A stretch of 64,000 bases of DNA, from the NCBI GenBank assembly GCA_032718475.1, contig JAUCBJ010008282.1, positions 1 through 64,000 on the forward strand, given 5' to 3'. This document shows, piece by piece, positions 1 through 12,644 of the stretch (the stretch's first letter is position 1; each line of letters starts with the position of its first letter). A program made the position numbers and the translations under genes. Under the pieces are notes generated by a model. That model ran no database searches. It had not been told where the DNA came from and saw only the letters and a list, made by a program, of their open reading frames with translations. The DNA comes from Nemertoderma westbladi (Eukaryota; Animalia; Xenacoelomorpha).

Positions 1-1156
1 CTCCTACCAAATTTCAGATGGAATCTGATGGTTGGTTCTATAATTACACAGCTACTTCTACGATTCTGTCAATTCGCCCGCCTAGCGGCAGACAGGGGAA
101 CTTTAAAGTCTGTCTGTGTGTATAATTTCTACTTAAGCAACGGCGATAACTGCCCGATGAAGACATGGGAACTTGAAAGTCTAACCGTACAGTACATAAA
201 ATATGTTCAAACAAAAATAATGTTTATTAAAATCTACATTATTTTAGTTTTAGGTTAACTGAGGTAAATATTACATTGCAAGTCTTACAAATCATGTTAC
301 TATTCATGTCATTTTTTGAGAAAGTTTGACTGGCCCATTTGATTCAAAATTGATTTATTAAATTAAATGAACGGGACAAGGGCCACCTTTACTATCATAA
401 AGAATGATATGATTTAAATTAAGGGCACAAATATATATCTTTTGCAGTGGCCTTTTGCATCCAAATTGATCTTACCAATAAACTGAGATGAAAAAGGGCC
501 AGAATGAAATACAATGAGCTTAACAGCATTAGGGCCATACTGTAGCGCCATGGAGATATTTATGGACAAGGCTCTTTAGAGCTAGAACATAGTAACGAAT
601 AACGACCATAAGAACTATAAAAGTCCGTCTAGGCATAGAATTTATAATTATGCAATTCTCCTTGTTCACTCCTACCAAATTTCAGATGGAATCTGATGGT
701 TGGTTCTATAATTACACAGCTACTTCTACGATTCTGTCAATACGCCCCCCTAGCGGCAGACAGGGGAACTTTAAAGTCTGTCTGAATTTAGAATTTCTAA
801 ATAAGCAATGCTTGTAGGTGTAGGTCACTCTTACCAAATTTCAAGAAGATATATCAACCATACATAAAATTATGTTCAAACAAAAATAATGCTTATTATT
901 TTTACTTATTATTTTATTTTAGTTTGGTTAACTGTGGTAATTACATTGCAAGTCTTACAATTCATGTTACTATTCATGTCATTTTTTGAGAAAGTTTGAC
1001 TGGCCCATTTGATTCAAAATTGATTTATTAAATTAAATGAACGGGAAAAGGGCCACCTTTACTATCATAAAGAATGAGATGATTTACATTAGGGCCACAA
1101 ATATACATCATTTACAGTGGCCCATTTGCATCCAAATTGATCTTACAAATAAACTG
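1..1156. repeat. Imperfect direct duplication (about 668 bp period)
   Basis: 1-114 recurs at 669-782 and about 195-485 recurs at about 861-1156; many GGCCC/GGGCC motifs. Confidence 0.85.
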
Positions 1157-1422
1157 AACTGTAAGAATGAAGAGAAATAAGATAGGGCCATTGAGTTATA
1201 TAGGTACACTATACCTACATATCTCACTTTATAGATATATAAGTTGGCCCTTTCGCTCGTTTTTTCATCTTTATGTATGTATATTAAAATGGTATATGTA
1301 GGAACATATATACACGAGATATGTAGATATACTAATGGCCCTTTTTACTTCCATTCAGTGTTATATAGGTACATAATACCCTTCATTTCAAAGATACATA
1401 TCTATGGCCCTTTAGGCCGAAC

Positions 1423-1425
<3 letters not shown>

Positions 1426-1455
<30 letters not shown>
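1426..1455. repeat. (TA)n microsatellite
   Basis: Direct read. Confidence 0.95.
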
Positions 1456-1459
<4 letters not shown>

Positions 1460-1510
1460 ACAGTAAAAATCTCCACCACCAAACAGCAACAACAATAAAT
1501 TTCACTCACA

Positions 1511-2062
1511 CTAATTATATTTTACATCAAAAACCCCCACACCAAACAATAATAAATTATTAACCAGTTTGTTGAATATAGGATAATATATATGAAATTT
1601 AAACGGGGAACACATTAATGTACATTTACCAGTGTAGAAACAGCAAACAACAACAATATTATTTATTCTGACTTTACAGTTATTGAATATTTCAGGGTCG
1701 TATGAAATTTCTAGTTTAACATTATCAAATATAACATAAAACCCGATATTGTTTATAAGTAACCTATAAATTACAGTATCGATACTAAAAATATAAGTAC
1801 ACAAATTGATTGATTTAAAAATCAAATTAATGTTTGTTTTTTCTAATATATGCTTTTTCACTTTATTAAAATTATATTTTCTACCGAGAATTGTTATTCG
1901 TCCATTTGTAAACATTAATATGGTTGCACCAAATACCTTATATATAAACTGATTAGGTTTGAGTACAATTTTACCATTCAATTGATTTTTTAATTCTTTT
2001 AAATTAAGTCCATAAATAATCTGCTTACAACTTATATTTTTATTTACTATTTGATAATTCAT
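1511..2062 (-). CDS. Divergent TATA-binding-protein-like protein (core only)
   Basis: Two TBP-like repeats: IVN..LNLKEL..ATILMFTNGRITILG and SINL..ISYDPEIF..VVVCCFYTGKCTL, compared with TALIFSSGKMVCTG / SYEPELFPG..VLLIFVSGKVVL; start Met chosen at 2062, ORF is open from 2092. Confidence 0.7.
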   Translation of the reverse strand: MNYQIVNKNISCKQIIYGLNLKELKNQLNGKIVLKPNQFIYKVFGATILMFTNGRITILGRKYNFNKVKKHILEKTNINLIFKSINLCTYIFSIDTVIYRLLINNIGFYVIFDNVKLEISYDPEIFNNCKVRINNIVVVCCFYTGKCTLMCSPFKFHIYYPIFNKLVNNLLLFGVGVFDVKYN

Positions 2063-5000
2063 CATCAACACCATCGTCTTTTGGTTCTTCATAAATTGGT
2101 ATATTTGATATTTTTATAGGTTTTTTGAGGTTTGTTTTATAGTGCCCCCAAGGAAGTGATTGATTTTTATTAACCCAATAAAGTTTATCATCAAAGCTAC
2201 TGAGTGCAAATTTATTTTGCTTTAAGGTATAAATACGATGTAATTTAGATTGAAATCTGTGTATGTTTTTTTTTATTTCTTCATTTGAGTTATATGCTTT
2301 TAAATATTCTTCATGTGTAATATTCGTTTCCACAACAGCTCTTGTAATACCTTTTGCTCTACGAATATTTTTATTATTCCATTCCAAAATTGAATATAAT
2401 TTTGGTCTTAAAAATACTGCTTGTTTAATTTCACGTGAGGCTAGTTCGTCTTTACAGTAATAGAGTCTGGATTTATTTTTATCGCTGTAGAGTGGGTGAT
2501 CCTTAGGGTAATTGGATGTATCTAAAATATTATTTTTAATTAATGCTTTTAAAAAATTATTCTGCGATGTATTATAGTAACAACCTATCAATGAGTCAGT
2601 GTCTGATGCAGCAATTTCAATACGGCAGTTTAATTCTTTCTCAATAGGTAGCAATTTATTGTAATACAGCTCATACATATCCAATTTAGCCAAGTCCAAC
2701 ACAGTGCTACCAATAAATATAGGCTTATCGAGAGTTACAGAGTCTTTCACTAATAAATGTCCCGATAGTGTATTATTGTATATTATAAATTGTTCATGAT
2801 TAATACGATTTACCAATTGATCGCATTTATCGTTGCTATTTGCGATACGAAAGTTACATCGATCTCTTATCTTTTCTATTGATTTGCCAAACAACGAATT
2901 ATTGAGCAATTTCGCGACAGCTGTTTCAATATAACTTTTTGCCAGTCGCCTTTGATTAATATTAAAATCGATGTAATTTTTAAATACAAATTCTTGTTGA
3001 AAAGAATATAATTTATGTAGTTTAGTAACAATTAATCCATGTTTTATATAAAATTTTAACAGTTTCAAATGTAAATGATAAAACTCTTTATCAAATTGCG
3101 TCAGCATGAGTTTTGGTATAGACATTCTATATTTACGGGAGGTACCTCTTTGTATTGACAAGTTATTAAATTGTTCCATCATATAAGGCGAAAGCATTGA
3201 TTCATTTATACTTAAATGCTCAGGGGCTAACGGTAATTGTAATGTTTGATCGTGAATAGCCTTGGGATAATTTAAATCACATATTAAAAAATATCCAGTA
3301 GATCCATCAATGTCTAAATCTACCAAGTACTCGATTAGTTTTTCTGGAATTGCATTCTCTAAATGTTTAATACTTACTTCTTTGAATTGTGAGGTGGGTA
3401 GTTTTTTACTTAAATTCCCAGAATATAAAGAGTTGAAATCAATATTAAAAATATGGCATTCTTCCTTAGTAGAATCATATGTACTTGTACCTGGTATATT
3501 TGATTCTATATAATGCTTTCGACAAAATGAAACACCACCCCTAATTGATTTTTCAAAATCTCTATATGTCTGATAATCCTTTATTAATTCTATTTTACAT
3601 TTATTATATTTTAGCGCGCAATCATAGGTAAATGACGCGATACTACAGTAAAAAACCGCTTCTAAATCGTAATTTTGTTTACAAACATTCCTAAAATTCT
3701 CAAATATATCAGCAAGCAAACAAACATCGAGTTTTAAATAGGCTAAAAGATAATCTTTGAGATTCACACAGTCGAATTCTACCCATGATATTCCCGCAAA
3801 CCTATAATCTTCAATTGTGCATGTTTTTTGACTTAAGTTACTAAAAAAATTATTTATAGACGGCAAACCAGTATCATTAAATTTATTTATATCTGTCAAG
3901 TACTCGTATGGAAATACTCCTTTCCGATTTAATTGTTGAGTTATTCAAGTTTGGATAAAAATATTTCATTTCTTGTAGAGTAATAGGTAAAATTGAGCTT
4001 ATATCATGACTCGCTACATCCTTTGTTGAACACTCAACTAAATTACTTAAAGAAAAGCTTAAAAATTGATATGTGTCTAAGAAACGTAACTCAATTTTCT
4101 TAGAAGTGTTTTTAATTGGGATAAATGCACTCAGTGAAATATATCGTTCTGTATTTCTCGGTATAACCTTTATATCCCAATCTGTGTATTTCTTATCTCT
4201 AAATCCGCTTTGTAATATACAATGTATATCGTAATTGTTGGAATTATGTCCGCAAAGTACATACAGGTATCGTTTCAATGATAAACTTCGGTTACAACTA
4301 TTACAGGCTGCCGCAATATATTTACCTGTAATATGTGAATGATGTCTGTTTTTCCCTACATTATTATTTAAAGTAACATTACAATAAAAACAAAATTTTG
4401 CTTGTTCAAAATTTACAAAATCAATATTAGTAAATGACATAGTTTTATGCGTGTATATTTCTGACCAACAACATAATTCAGTTAAATCAGTATATAATGA
4501 ATCTAAGAAATCTTGAATACAATTATTATTATTTGACTTTACGAATGTTTTCAAATGACATTTTGGAGCATCAATTAATTCAGTATTGGGAACAATTAAA
4601 TAACTCACAGCACACGGTATATGCTCCTGTATAATTTGATTATTAACTGACGGTTGTAAGATACATTCTATATCAAAGTAGGTGACAAACAATGGGGTTA
4701 AGGTTCTATCTAAATTTGTAAAACTAATGTGTGTTCTTTTTTTATTAGGTAGTGTCTCTCGCTGACTTCTTCCTTGGTAGCAGGCGAGACGGTGTCGATG
4801 AAGAACTTCCGCACGAAAAAAATGAGCCAAACACCTTTCGCAATATTTCCTATTCCTGATATGAAGAGCTCTCGTATTCAGCAATCGATTCAAGTTAGTT
4901 ATGGAAACATAATGATTCAGTTTAGGTACATTGTTATTTTTTACTACAAGTAATATATTTAATAACTGTTTATCGGGTGTAATTTTACTAAACGGAGGTT

Positions 5001-6099
5001 GTCTTAATATAGATACCGGGGTGCGTTTGTTGTCGTTATTCCAACATAGTAAATTAATTATATATTTTGAATTTTGTTTTTCAAAAAGTTTAATCGCTAA
5101 CTGCCACTCTGTTGGATAATCATTTTTCCCATTGTCAAAAATGAAATGACTCATATAATTTTTGTACGACGAAGTACGCTGTTTGTTGTTTTTCACTTTG
5201 CTACCAAATTTTGCGGATATAATTGCCCATTTAAAACAGTCATTATCAGCCGATTGTACATTTATAACACATCGTTTACCTGATAGAACCTTAGGTAATT
5301 CCATATATCCATGCCCCTTATATAGTAACGACCTACACTTAGATTCAGCTAATTTAATTTCAACCCTTAATAAAGATTTAATACGCCACCCCGAACCACG
5401 TGTGTTAAAGATGGCTATTTTTTGTAATATATTTTCCACCACATACTCAAACCATGTGTCAAAACTTTGCGATGAATCTACAGTATTAATAGCACCACCG
5501 GAAGAATTAAAATAAAAGGTTTCCAATTGCTTACCTTCTGAAAAATGTGATCTGTACATTAATACATTTAGACCTAACCACAGTCTAAGAACATTCATTT
5601 CTTTCAATCTATCTAATATTAACTGAAGAATATTACCTCGAATTTGCGTTAATGCTGTTTCTACATCGGGATAATCTCTAGAAGTTGGGAGGTCGTGGAC
5701 ATAAATTTCAAGACGATTATCGTGAGCTTCTTGTTCCCGCGTAAAAATTGTTGCGCATGTACCAAGAGCCACCCTTAAGTTTTTTCTGGATATTATATTT
5801 TTATGTTGCGCCAATTTACGCTTTGTTGTGTAGTAACATTTCAAGTGACAATCGTGTCGTAGATAATTCTCATATGTATACTCTTTATTACAGGTAGAAC
5901 AAGTCAATTGATAGGTACGGAACTCCATTTCTTTACAACCAGTAGTTGATTCATGTCGTTTACAAATTTCGATGCATGAAGTCACGACATGACACTTAAA
6001 ACAAGAATAACCTTCAAAATGCGAGCATAGGTAGCGTAAATAATTATGTCTAGTTACATTCATATGACAGAATGAACAACATATTGTTATTTTATCCAT
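2040..6099 (-). pseudogene. polB: Protein-primed family B DNA polymerase with N-terminal Cys/His fingers and endonuclease VII-like insert; one frameshift near 3930
   Basis: Exo motifs YFDIEC, HNSNNYD, YLKLDV; pol motifs DFNSLY, KLLNNSLFGK, SDTDS; CFYC..RHHSHITGKYIAAACNSCN; RKGVFPYEY is recovered just upstream of the 2040..3899 ORF in that frame, joining the two ORFs. Confidence 0.93.
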
Positions 6100-6290
6100 G
6101 CTGAAGTTTGTTTAGATAATAATAATAATAATAATAATAATAAAATATCTACAAAGATTAAAATAAAATGAAATGAAATGATATTGACTATATCTAAACA
6201 TTTATATGCTAGCGAGTGAAATAATTTTAAACCAATCACCAATCGCTTATGACTATTGGAAACCGCAAAGAGTTTAACTTATGATCAGAT

Positions 6291-7355
6291 TTACATGTTA
6301 GGATAATAATCAGGTTTCCATGGAGAATTAGTAACTGGATCTACTAGAACTGGGTTAACAGCAACTTTCTGTTTCTTTGCAGGTGATGTGTTGGTAAATT
6401 TACTCGATGATCTTGGCTTCCGAGGTAATATTTCAGGAAAGACCTGTTGCGGTTGAGAGCAACTCTCTTCAACATCCGGATTAGGTGATGGGATCTCTAC
6501 GAACGCTTTAGGTTTATCCAAAAGGACAAAACCATCTACATGGGCTTCAGTAAGAGAAACGCCCTCCATCGATTCTTTGAGAAAACTAATATGGGCTTTA
6601 TCATTCAAGTAATGCAACTCAATAGAATTTCCGCCGGCACCTACTTCAGTAGAATTATCGGTGTTGGTGATAATAATTTTTTTATTATTGGTTTTAATCA
6701 TTTTGAGACGGTCTGATAATTGAATGATATTTTTATCAAAAAGATGCTTGTCTGTTTCATCGGCTTGGTTGTCCCACTCTCGCAACAAAACGGTTAGTTC
6801 CTGTTTTCACAAATTGAAACCCGTATAATAGTTAAAACCAATACTATCAGCGTATCTGAGGCTGATTTTCCATAAGCCAACATAGTTGGTTCCTTTAAAA
6901 GCTGTTACAAATCCAATAAACTCTGGATTTGATAATTCAATGTAGAATTGATCGCTAATAATCTCTAGCGGTGGAGAGAGTAATTGCAATAATTTCCCTC
7001 TGTATTGAATTAGAACTTCAGTAAAAGCTTTGTTGAGAACTTTACATTTGCCTTGTTTCTGAACGTAAACATCACCCGATGTGGGGTTGATGGAAATATT
7101 CAAATTTCCCCGCGCAAAACGAAGAGTGGGATATATCCTACCTGGTATAATTGCTGGTCTGGATTGATGTTGGTTGTTGTTGGTTGTTTCTAGAATGTCT
7201 AACAAATAGCGGGTATCTTGATGGGAAAAACAAATTGATTCGTTGTCCTCCTGAGATTCCACAATAAAATACTTGCTGTGAACGACGGTACAAGTATATT
7301 TATTGTAAGTAAATTTCCAGCTATTTGTTGCTCCGGTTTTTTGCGTTAAGGCCAT
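6291..7355 (-). pseudogene. Single ORF split by an in-frame TGA (6807-6809); contains a PC4/p15-like ssDNA-binding motif and a basic PAKKQK tail
   Basis: Reads GFVTAFKGTNYVGLWK..YTGFNL*KQELTVLLREW in one frame; resembles PC4 V..FKG...IDIRE..KGISL..EQW..L. Confidence 0.55.
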
Positions 7356-7409
7356 AATAATAATAAATACGAAAAATATTACAAGTGATAAATTTTAAAC
7401 CGTATCGCT

Positions 7410-7650
7410 GTAATAAATTGACACCATAGTTCTCACTCAAAAAATTGTGTATATATAAGTGGCGAGAAACTCACACGAGAGAAAAGATGATACTTAACTT
7501 ATCTAAAATCATTAGGTATCATCTTCGCACTTGTATGAGTTTCTGACCACTTATATATACAACAAGTAAGATAATGAAGAAATTATTAAGGAAATAACAC
7601 AATTTTAGAGTGAGAACAAAAAAAATTAGATATGGTATCAATATATTACC
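7410..7650. promoter_or_regulatory. Imperfect inverted repeat containing two opposed TATA boxes
   Basis: 7449-7497 pairs with 7512-7560 (gtatatataagtgg / ccacttatatatac); outer arms about 7410-7450 and 7597-7650. Confidence 0.6.
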
Positions 7651-8491
7651 ATGAAGATTACAAGTGATGAATTTTATTAAAAACATTCAGTTATATATAA
7701 ATTTGCGATGTGGCATAGTCAACGTAGAAGAGATGGGACGTGTCATAATCATCGACGAATAAGAAAAGAGATGGGGTGCAATGTGGATGAATGGTTGATT
7801 GGTTGCGTGGATAGGAAATACATGAAAGAATATGAATCATAGGGTTGTGCGTAATAATCAATAATTATTATAATAAAAACGCTCAGTATAATGTTAGTAT
7901 TAGCCTTTCAATATGGCATAGATGCTGTGGGATCGGTTAGGATGATTAACAATGGAAATGTTCGTATACGTGTAGCTGGAACGTGGCGGAATTTAATGTA
8001 TCATAGTGCTGGACTGGTAGGCTGGTTGGTTGGTTGGTTTAGCGACAGACGTCGAGGAGTAGCGGTAGCTAGCGGTGGGTAAATCGTTGAGTTGGCAATC
8101 GATATAATATCGGGTGGGGTATATGCGTGTAGATGGCCACGTTGTTGTTAGTAGTATCATCACATATACAGTATACAGTGGGTGTGGTGGTAGCGTGGCG
8201 AAAAGGTGAATAACCGGTGGGCCAGTTAGTTAGTTAGTTAGTTAGTGGGTAACAGCATTCAGTCAGTCGATCGGTCAGTCGGTCGGTCGATTGAGGTTAG
8301 GCTACGCATAGGTGATAAGCAACGATTGGTTGAAGGCAAGGCAACGACGCGAATCAATACTGTTGGTGACAGATGGTCATTAAACACTGCAATTTAGCAC
8401 CGGAATTTGGCATTTTTAATAGCCCTCCGAGATCTAGCCCATAGCCCAAGCTAGGGAGGAGTATGCCGAGGTCTATGTTTCTCCTACTACT

Positions 8492-9073
8492 GTCAGGTGA
8501 GGACCTTCGAATACGTAAGGGAATGGCATGGGCAGCCTTGAATAGGCTTTCCAGGATTTGGAAGTCACCTAGAATTAATCGGAAACTTAAGGTCCGATTA
8601 TTTAGAGCAGCAGTAGTTCCAGTACTCCTCTACGGGAGTCCATGCTGGGCTCTAACTGCTGAGGACACCAAATCTCTGGATGGCACATTCACAAGAATGC
8701 TACGCTGGGTACATTGTGTCAAGTACAATGCACACATCTCCAACCAAACACTATATAACATTGGAGGTGTCTCATTGGTTCCCCCAAGCTTGACACTAGA
8801 ACAAAATCGCCTCCACTTTGCAGGACATTGCTTTCACCGTGAGGACCAGCCAGTGCATAATCTTGTTCTTTGGTTGCCTCATGGAGTGAATAAGCATGGT
8901 GGACAGCCCATGACTTTCTTGAGATGCATCTTAAAGGACACTGGCCTTAAAGATGCGGATGATCTAGCAAATGTCATGGGTGATAGGGAGTTGTGGCGGT
9001 GGAATTTTGTTGACAAGCCGGCACAGCATTCTTAAAAATGCAGCTGCAATGCAGCATGCCGATCCTAGTAGTA
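8492..9073 (+). mobile_element. 5'-truncated non-LTR retrotransposon 3' end (RTE-like post-RT region)
   Basis: RIRKGMAWAALNRLSRIWKS..LKVRLFRAAVVPVLLYGS..W..RLHFAGHC..DRELWR; stop at 9035; short (TAG)n tail merging into the satellite. Confidence 0.8.
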
Positions 9074-11969
9074 GTTATTCCTTCTCTTTACCCGTGCTTC
9101 AATGAATTTCTTCAACATGACATTCAGAGCACTGGGCAGAAATCACCTATCATCTTGTATGCAAATCTGATAGCAAGTAGCCCCTAACTTGTAGACGATG
9201 CAGTTTATAGTCCACTTAACTTAAGTTGTAGACGATACAGTTTATAGTCCACTTAACTTATATACGGTTTTTGACTTATATACGGTTTTTGACTTATATA
9301 CGGTTTTTGACTTATATACGGTTTTCAACTTCCCCTTAAGAGAGTCATAGTTACTCCCGCTGTTTACCCTTGCTTCAATGAATTTCTTCAACGTGACATT
9401 CAGAGCACTGGGCAGAAATCACCTATCAACTTTTACGCAAATCTGATAGCAGATAGCCCTTAACTTGTATACGATACATTTTACAGTCCTACTTAACTTA
9501 TATACGGTTTTTGACTTATATAAAGTTTTTTTTTTGCCTTATTGAATTATATACGGTTTTTAATTTCCCTTAACCCTATCCATACCGGGGTACTTTAGAC
9601 GCTCAAACTACCGGGGGGGGGGGGGGGGGGGGGGGACTTTTGGAGACGTTAAGTTTGGAAGCATATAACTTTGTTTGGTGTGATGATATTACTTTAAAGT
9701 AAAAAGTTTTAGATACAAAATTTATTCCTCTATTCAAATATGCCACACACTAATGCTCAAATATAATATTTATATACTATAATTATGTTTAAATTGATTT
9801 TAAATTGATATTAAATTGATTGAATTTTAAATTTCCCTCCTACAATAGTTCAGCAATAATATGACAGTTTCAGAGACAGGTCAGTTTACGTGTCATTTTC
9901 ATGGTCATAAATAATAATATGAAAATTAATTTTTGTTTTAAGATAAAGAATAATAAATTTTAGGAAAAGTAACGGAATTTCACTTGCAATAAATGTGGTT
10001 TGGCTTTGAACCAAGCAATCAAATAAAGTGCGTCTCCAAAAGTCCCCCCCCCCCCCCCCCCCCCGGTATGGATAGGGTTAAGAGAGTCATGGATACTCCC
10101 GCTGTTTACCCGCGCTTCAATGAATTTCTTCAACGTGACATTCAGAGCACTGGGCAGAAATCACCTATCAACTTTTACGCAAATCTGATAGCAGATAGCC
10201 CTTAACTTGTATACGATACATTTTACAGTCCTACTTAATTTATATACGGTTTTTGACTTATATAAAGTTTTTTTTATGCCTTATTGAATTATATACGGTT
10301 TTTAATTTCCCTTAAGAGAGTCATGGATACTCCCGCTGTTTACCCGCGCTTCAATGAATTTCTTCAACGTGACATTCAGTGCACTGGGCAGAAATCACCT
10401 ATCAACTTGTATGCAAATCTGATAGCAGGTAGCCCTAACTTGTAGACGATACATTTTACGGTCCACTTAACTTATATACGGTTTTTGACTTATATACGTT
10501 TTTTTACTTCTAGACGGTTTTTAACTTCCCCTTAGGAGAGTTATAGTTACTCCCACTGTTTACCCGCGCTTCAATGAATTTCTTCAACGTGACATTCGGA
10601 GCACTGGACAGAAATCACCTATCAACTTGTATGCAAATCTAATAGCAGGCAGCCCCTAACTTGTATACGATACATTTTATAGTCCAAATAACTTATATAC
10701 GGTTTTTGACTTATATACGTTTTTTAACTTCCCCTTAAGAGAGTCTTAGTTACTCCCTCTCTTTACCCGTGCTTCAATGAATTTCTTCAACGTGACATTC
10801 AGAGCACTGGGCAGAAATCACCTATCATCTTGTATGCAAATCTGATAGCAGGTAGCCCCTAACTTGTAGACGATACAGTTTACAGTCCACTTAACTTATA
10901 TACTATAAGTTGTAGACGATACAGTTTATAGTCCACTTAACTTATATACGGTTTTTGACTTATATACGGTTTTTGCTTACTTTTTGACTTATATACGGTT
11001 TTTAACTTCCCCTTAAGAGAGTCATAGTTACTCCCGCTGTTTACCCGTGCTTCAATGAATTTCTTCAACGTGACATTCAGAGCACTGGGCAGAAATCACC
11101 TATCAACTTTTACGCCAATCTGATAGCAGATAGCCCTTAACTTGTATACGATACATTTTACAGTCCTACTTAACTTATATACGGTTTTTGACTTATATAA
11201 AGTTTTTTTTTATGCCTTATTGAATTATATACTGTTTTTAATTTCCCTTAAGAGAGTCATGGATACTCCCGCTGTTTACCCGCGCTTCAATGAATTTCTT
11301 CAACGTGACATTCAGAGCACTGGGCAGAAATCACCTATCAACTTGTATGCAAATCTGATAGCAGGTAGCCCCTAACTTGTAGACGATACATTTTACAGTC
11401 CACTCAACTTATATACGGTTTTTGACTTATATACGTTTTTTAACTTCCCCTTAAGAGAGTCTTAGTTATTCCTTCTCTTTACCCGTGCTTCAATGAATTT
11501 CTTCAACATGACATTCAGAGCACTGGGCAGAAATCACCTATCATCTTGTATGCAAATCTGATAGCAAGTAGCCCCTAACTTGTAGACGATACAGTTTATA
11601 GTCCACTTAACTTATATACTATAAGTTGTAGACGATACAGTTTATAGTCCACTTAACTTATATACGGTTTTTGACTTATATACGGTTTTTGACTTATATA
11701 CGGTTTTTGACTTATATACGGTTTTCAACTTCCCCTTAAGAGAGTCATAGTTACTCCCGCTGTTTACCCGTGCTTCAATGAATTTCTTCAACGTGACATT
11801 CAGAGCACTGGGCAGAAATCACCTATCAACTTTTACGCAAATCTGATAGCAGATAGCCCTTAACTTGTATACGATACATTTTACAGTCCTACTTAACTTA
11901 TATACGGTTTTTGACTTATATAAAGTTTTTTTTTTGCCTTATTGAATTATATACGGTTTTTAATTTCCC
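9070..11969 (-). repeat. Satellite (unit about 200-285 bp) containing an approximately 89-nt 28S rRNA fragment; higher-order period about 2.4 kb
   Basis: Minus strand GTGATTTCTGCCCAGTGCTCTGAATGTC..GAAGAAATTC..GCGCGGGTAAAC.GCGGGAGTAACTATGACTCTCTTAAGG (e.g. 9334-9422) plus AACTTATATACGGTTTTTG subrepeats; about 10 units here. Confidence 0.95.
9574..10077. mobile_element. piggyBac-like MITE, copy 1
   Basis: TTAA duplication at 9570-9573 and 10078-10081; TIR CCCTATCCATACCGGGG; asymmetric subterminal repeat GACTTTTGGAGACG. Confidence 0.92.
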
Positions 11970-12102
11970 TTAACCCTATCCATACCGGGGTACTTTAGAC
12001 GCTCAAACTACCGGGGGGGGGGGGGGGGGGGGGGGGGGACTTTTGGAGACGTAAAGTTTGGAAGCATATAACTTTGTGTGGTGTGATGATATTACTTTAA
12101 AG

Positions 12103-12644
12103 TGTTAGCTTATTCAATCCCGCCAACACCCCATAAAGTTATAAGCCGATAAGCAATATTGGGAGCCACGAGATTGGGCAACTAACCAACTCGTGCCATC
12201 CCAATAAGAGTGGGAAGGAAGCACACAATAGAGGGTCAGGGGCCAAACCCCTAACCCAGAGAGAACAGGTGGAGTGAACGGGAATACTCCACGGGGCGCC
12301 AACAAGGGTATTAACCAATCAGAGGGGGGGAATGGCATCGATTGAGTAGCAGTAAGGCCACCGTGCAATATAACCAATAACCTATTAATCAGTGATTCAG
12401 TTATCTCAGTGCAGCAGTGCTAGCGTAGGGTACAGTCAATTAGTTTAGTTAGGGGATCACGGGACTTTAGTTACCGTATCCCGCCTTGTACACATTATAC
12501 CTATATCTATATCCTATGCCCTATTATTATTATACACCGAACTTCAGAACTCAGTTACCTTTATTTCACCCTTATACACGGCGGGGACGCGTGGACTAAA
12601 TTACCACATCGGATAAATCGGGATCCCTCCTGGATCCCGTCACA
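12103..12644 (+). repeat. 5' LTR of Bel/Pao A
   Basis: TG..CA; near-identical to 50350-50891 (one substitution noticed at 12182). Confidence 0.97.

Larger units (their letters stand above)
1511..7650 (-). mobile_element. Polinton/Maverick- or adintovirus-like fragment (pPolB plus accessory genes); no integrase, ATPase or capsid gene seen
   Basis: Compact, intronless, co-oriented genes around a protein-primed PolB with an endonuclease VII-like insert; boundaries uncertain. Confidence 0.7.

Noticed and set aside
9334-9422. Functional 28S rRNA gene
   Set aside because: Only about 89-nt diverged fragments embedded in a satellite
10411-10418. Octamer ATGCAAAT in satellite units as an snRNA-type enhancer
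   Set aside because: Mutated in several units and no associated snRNA or proximal element seen
9070-11969. CRISPR-like repeat-spacer array
   Set aside because: The spacers are themselves repeats, the context is eukaryotic and there are no cas genes
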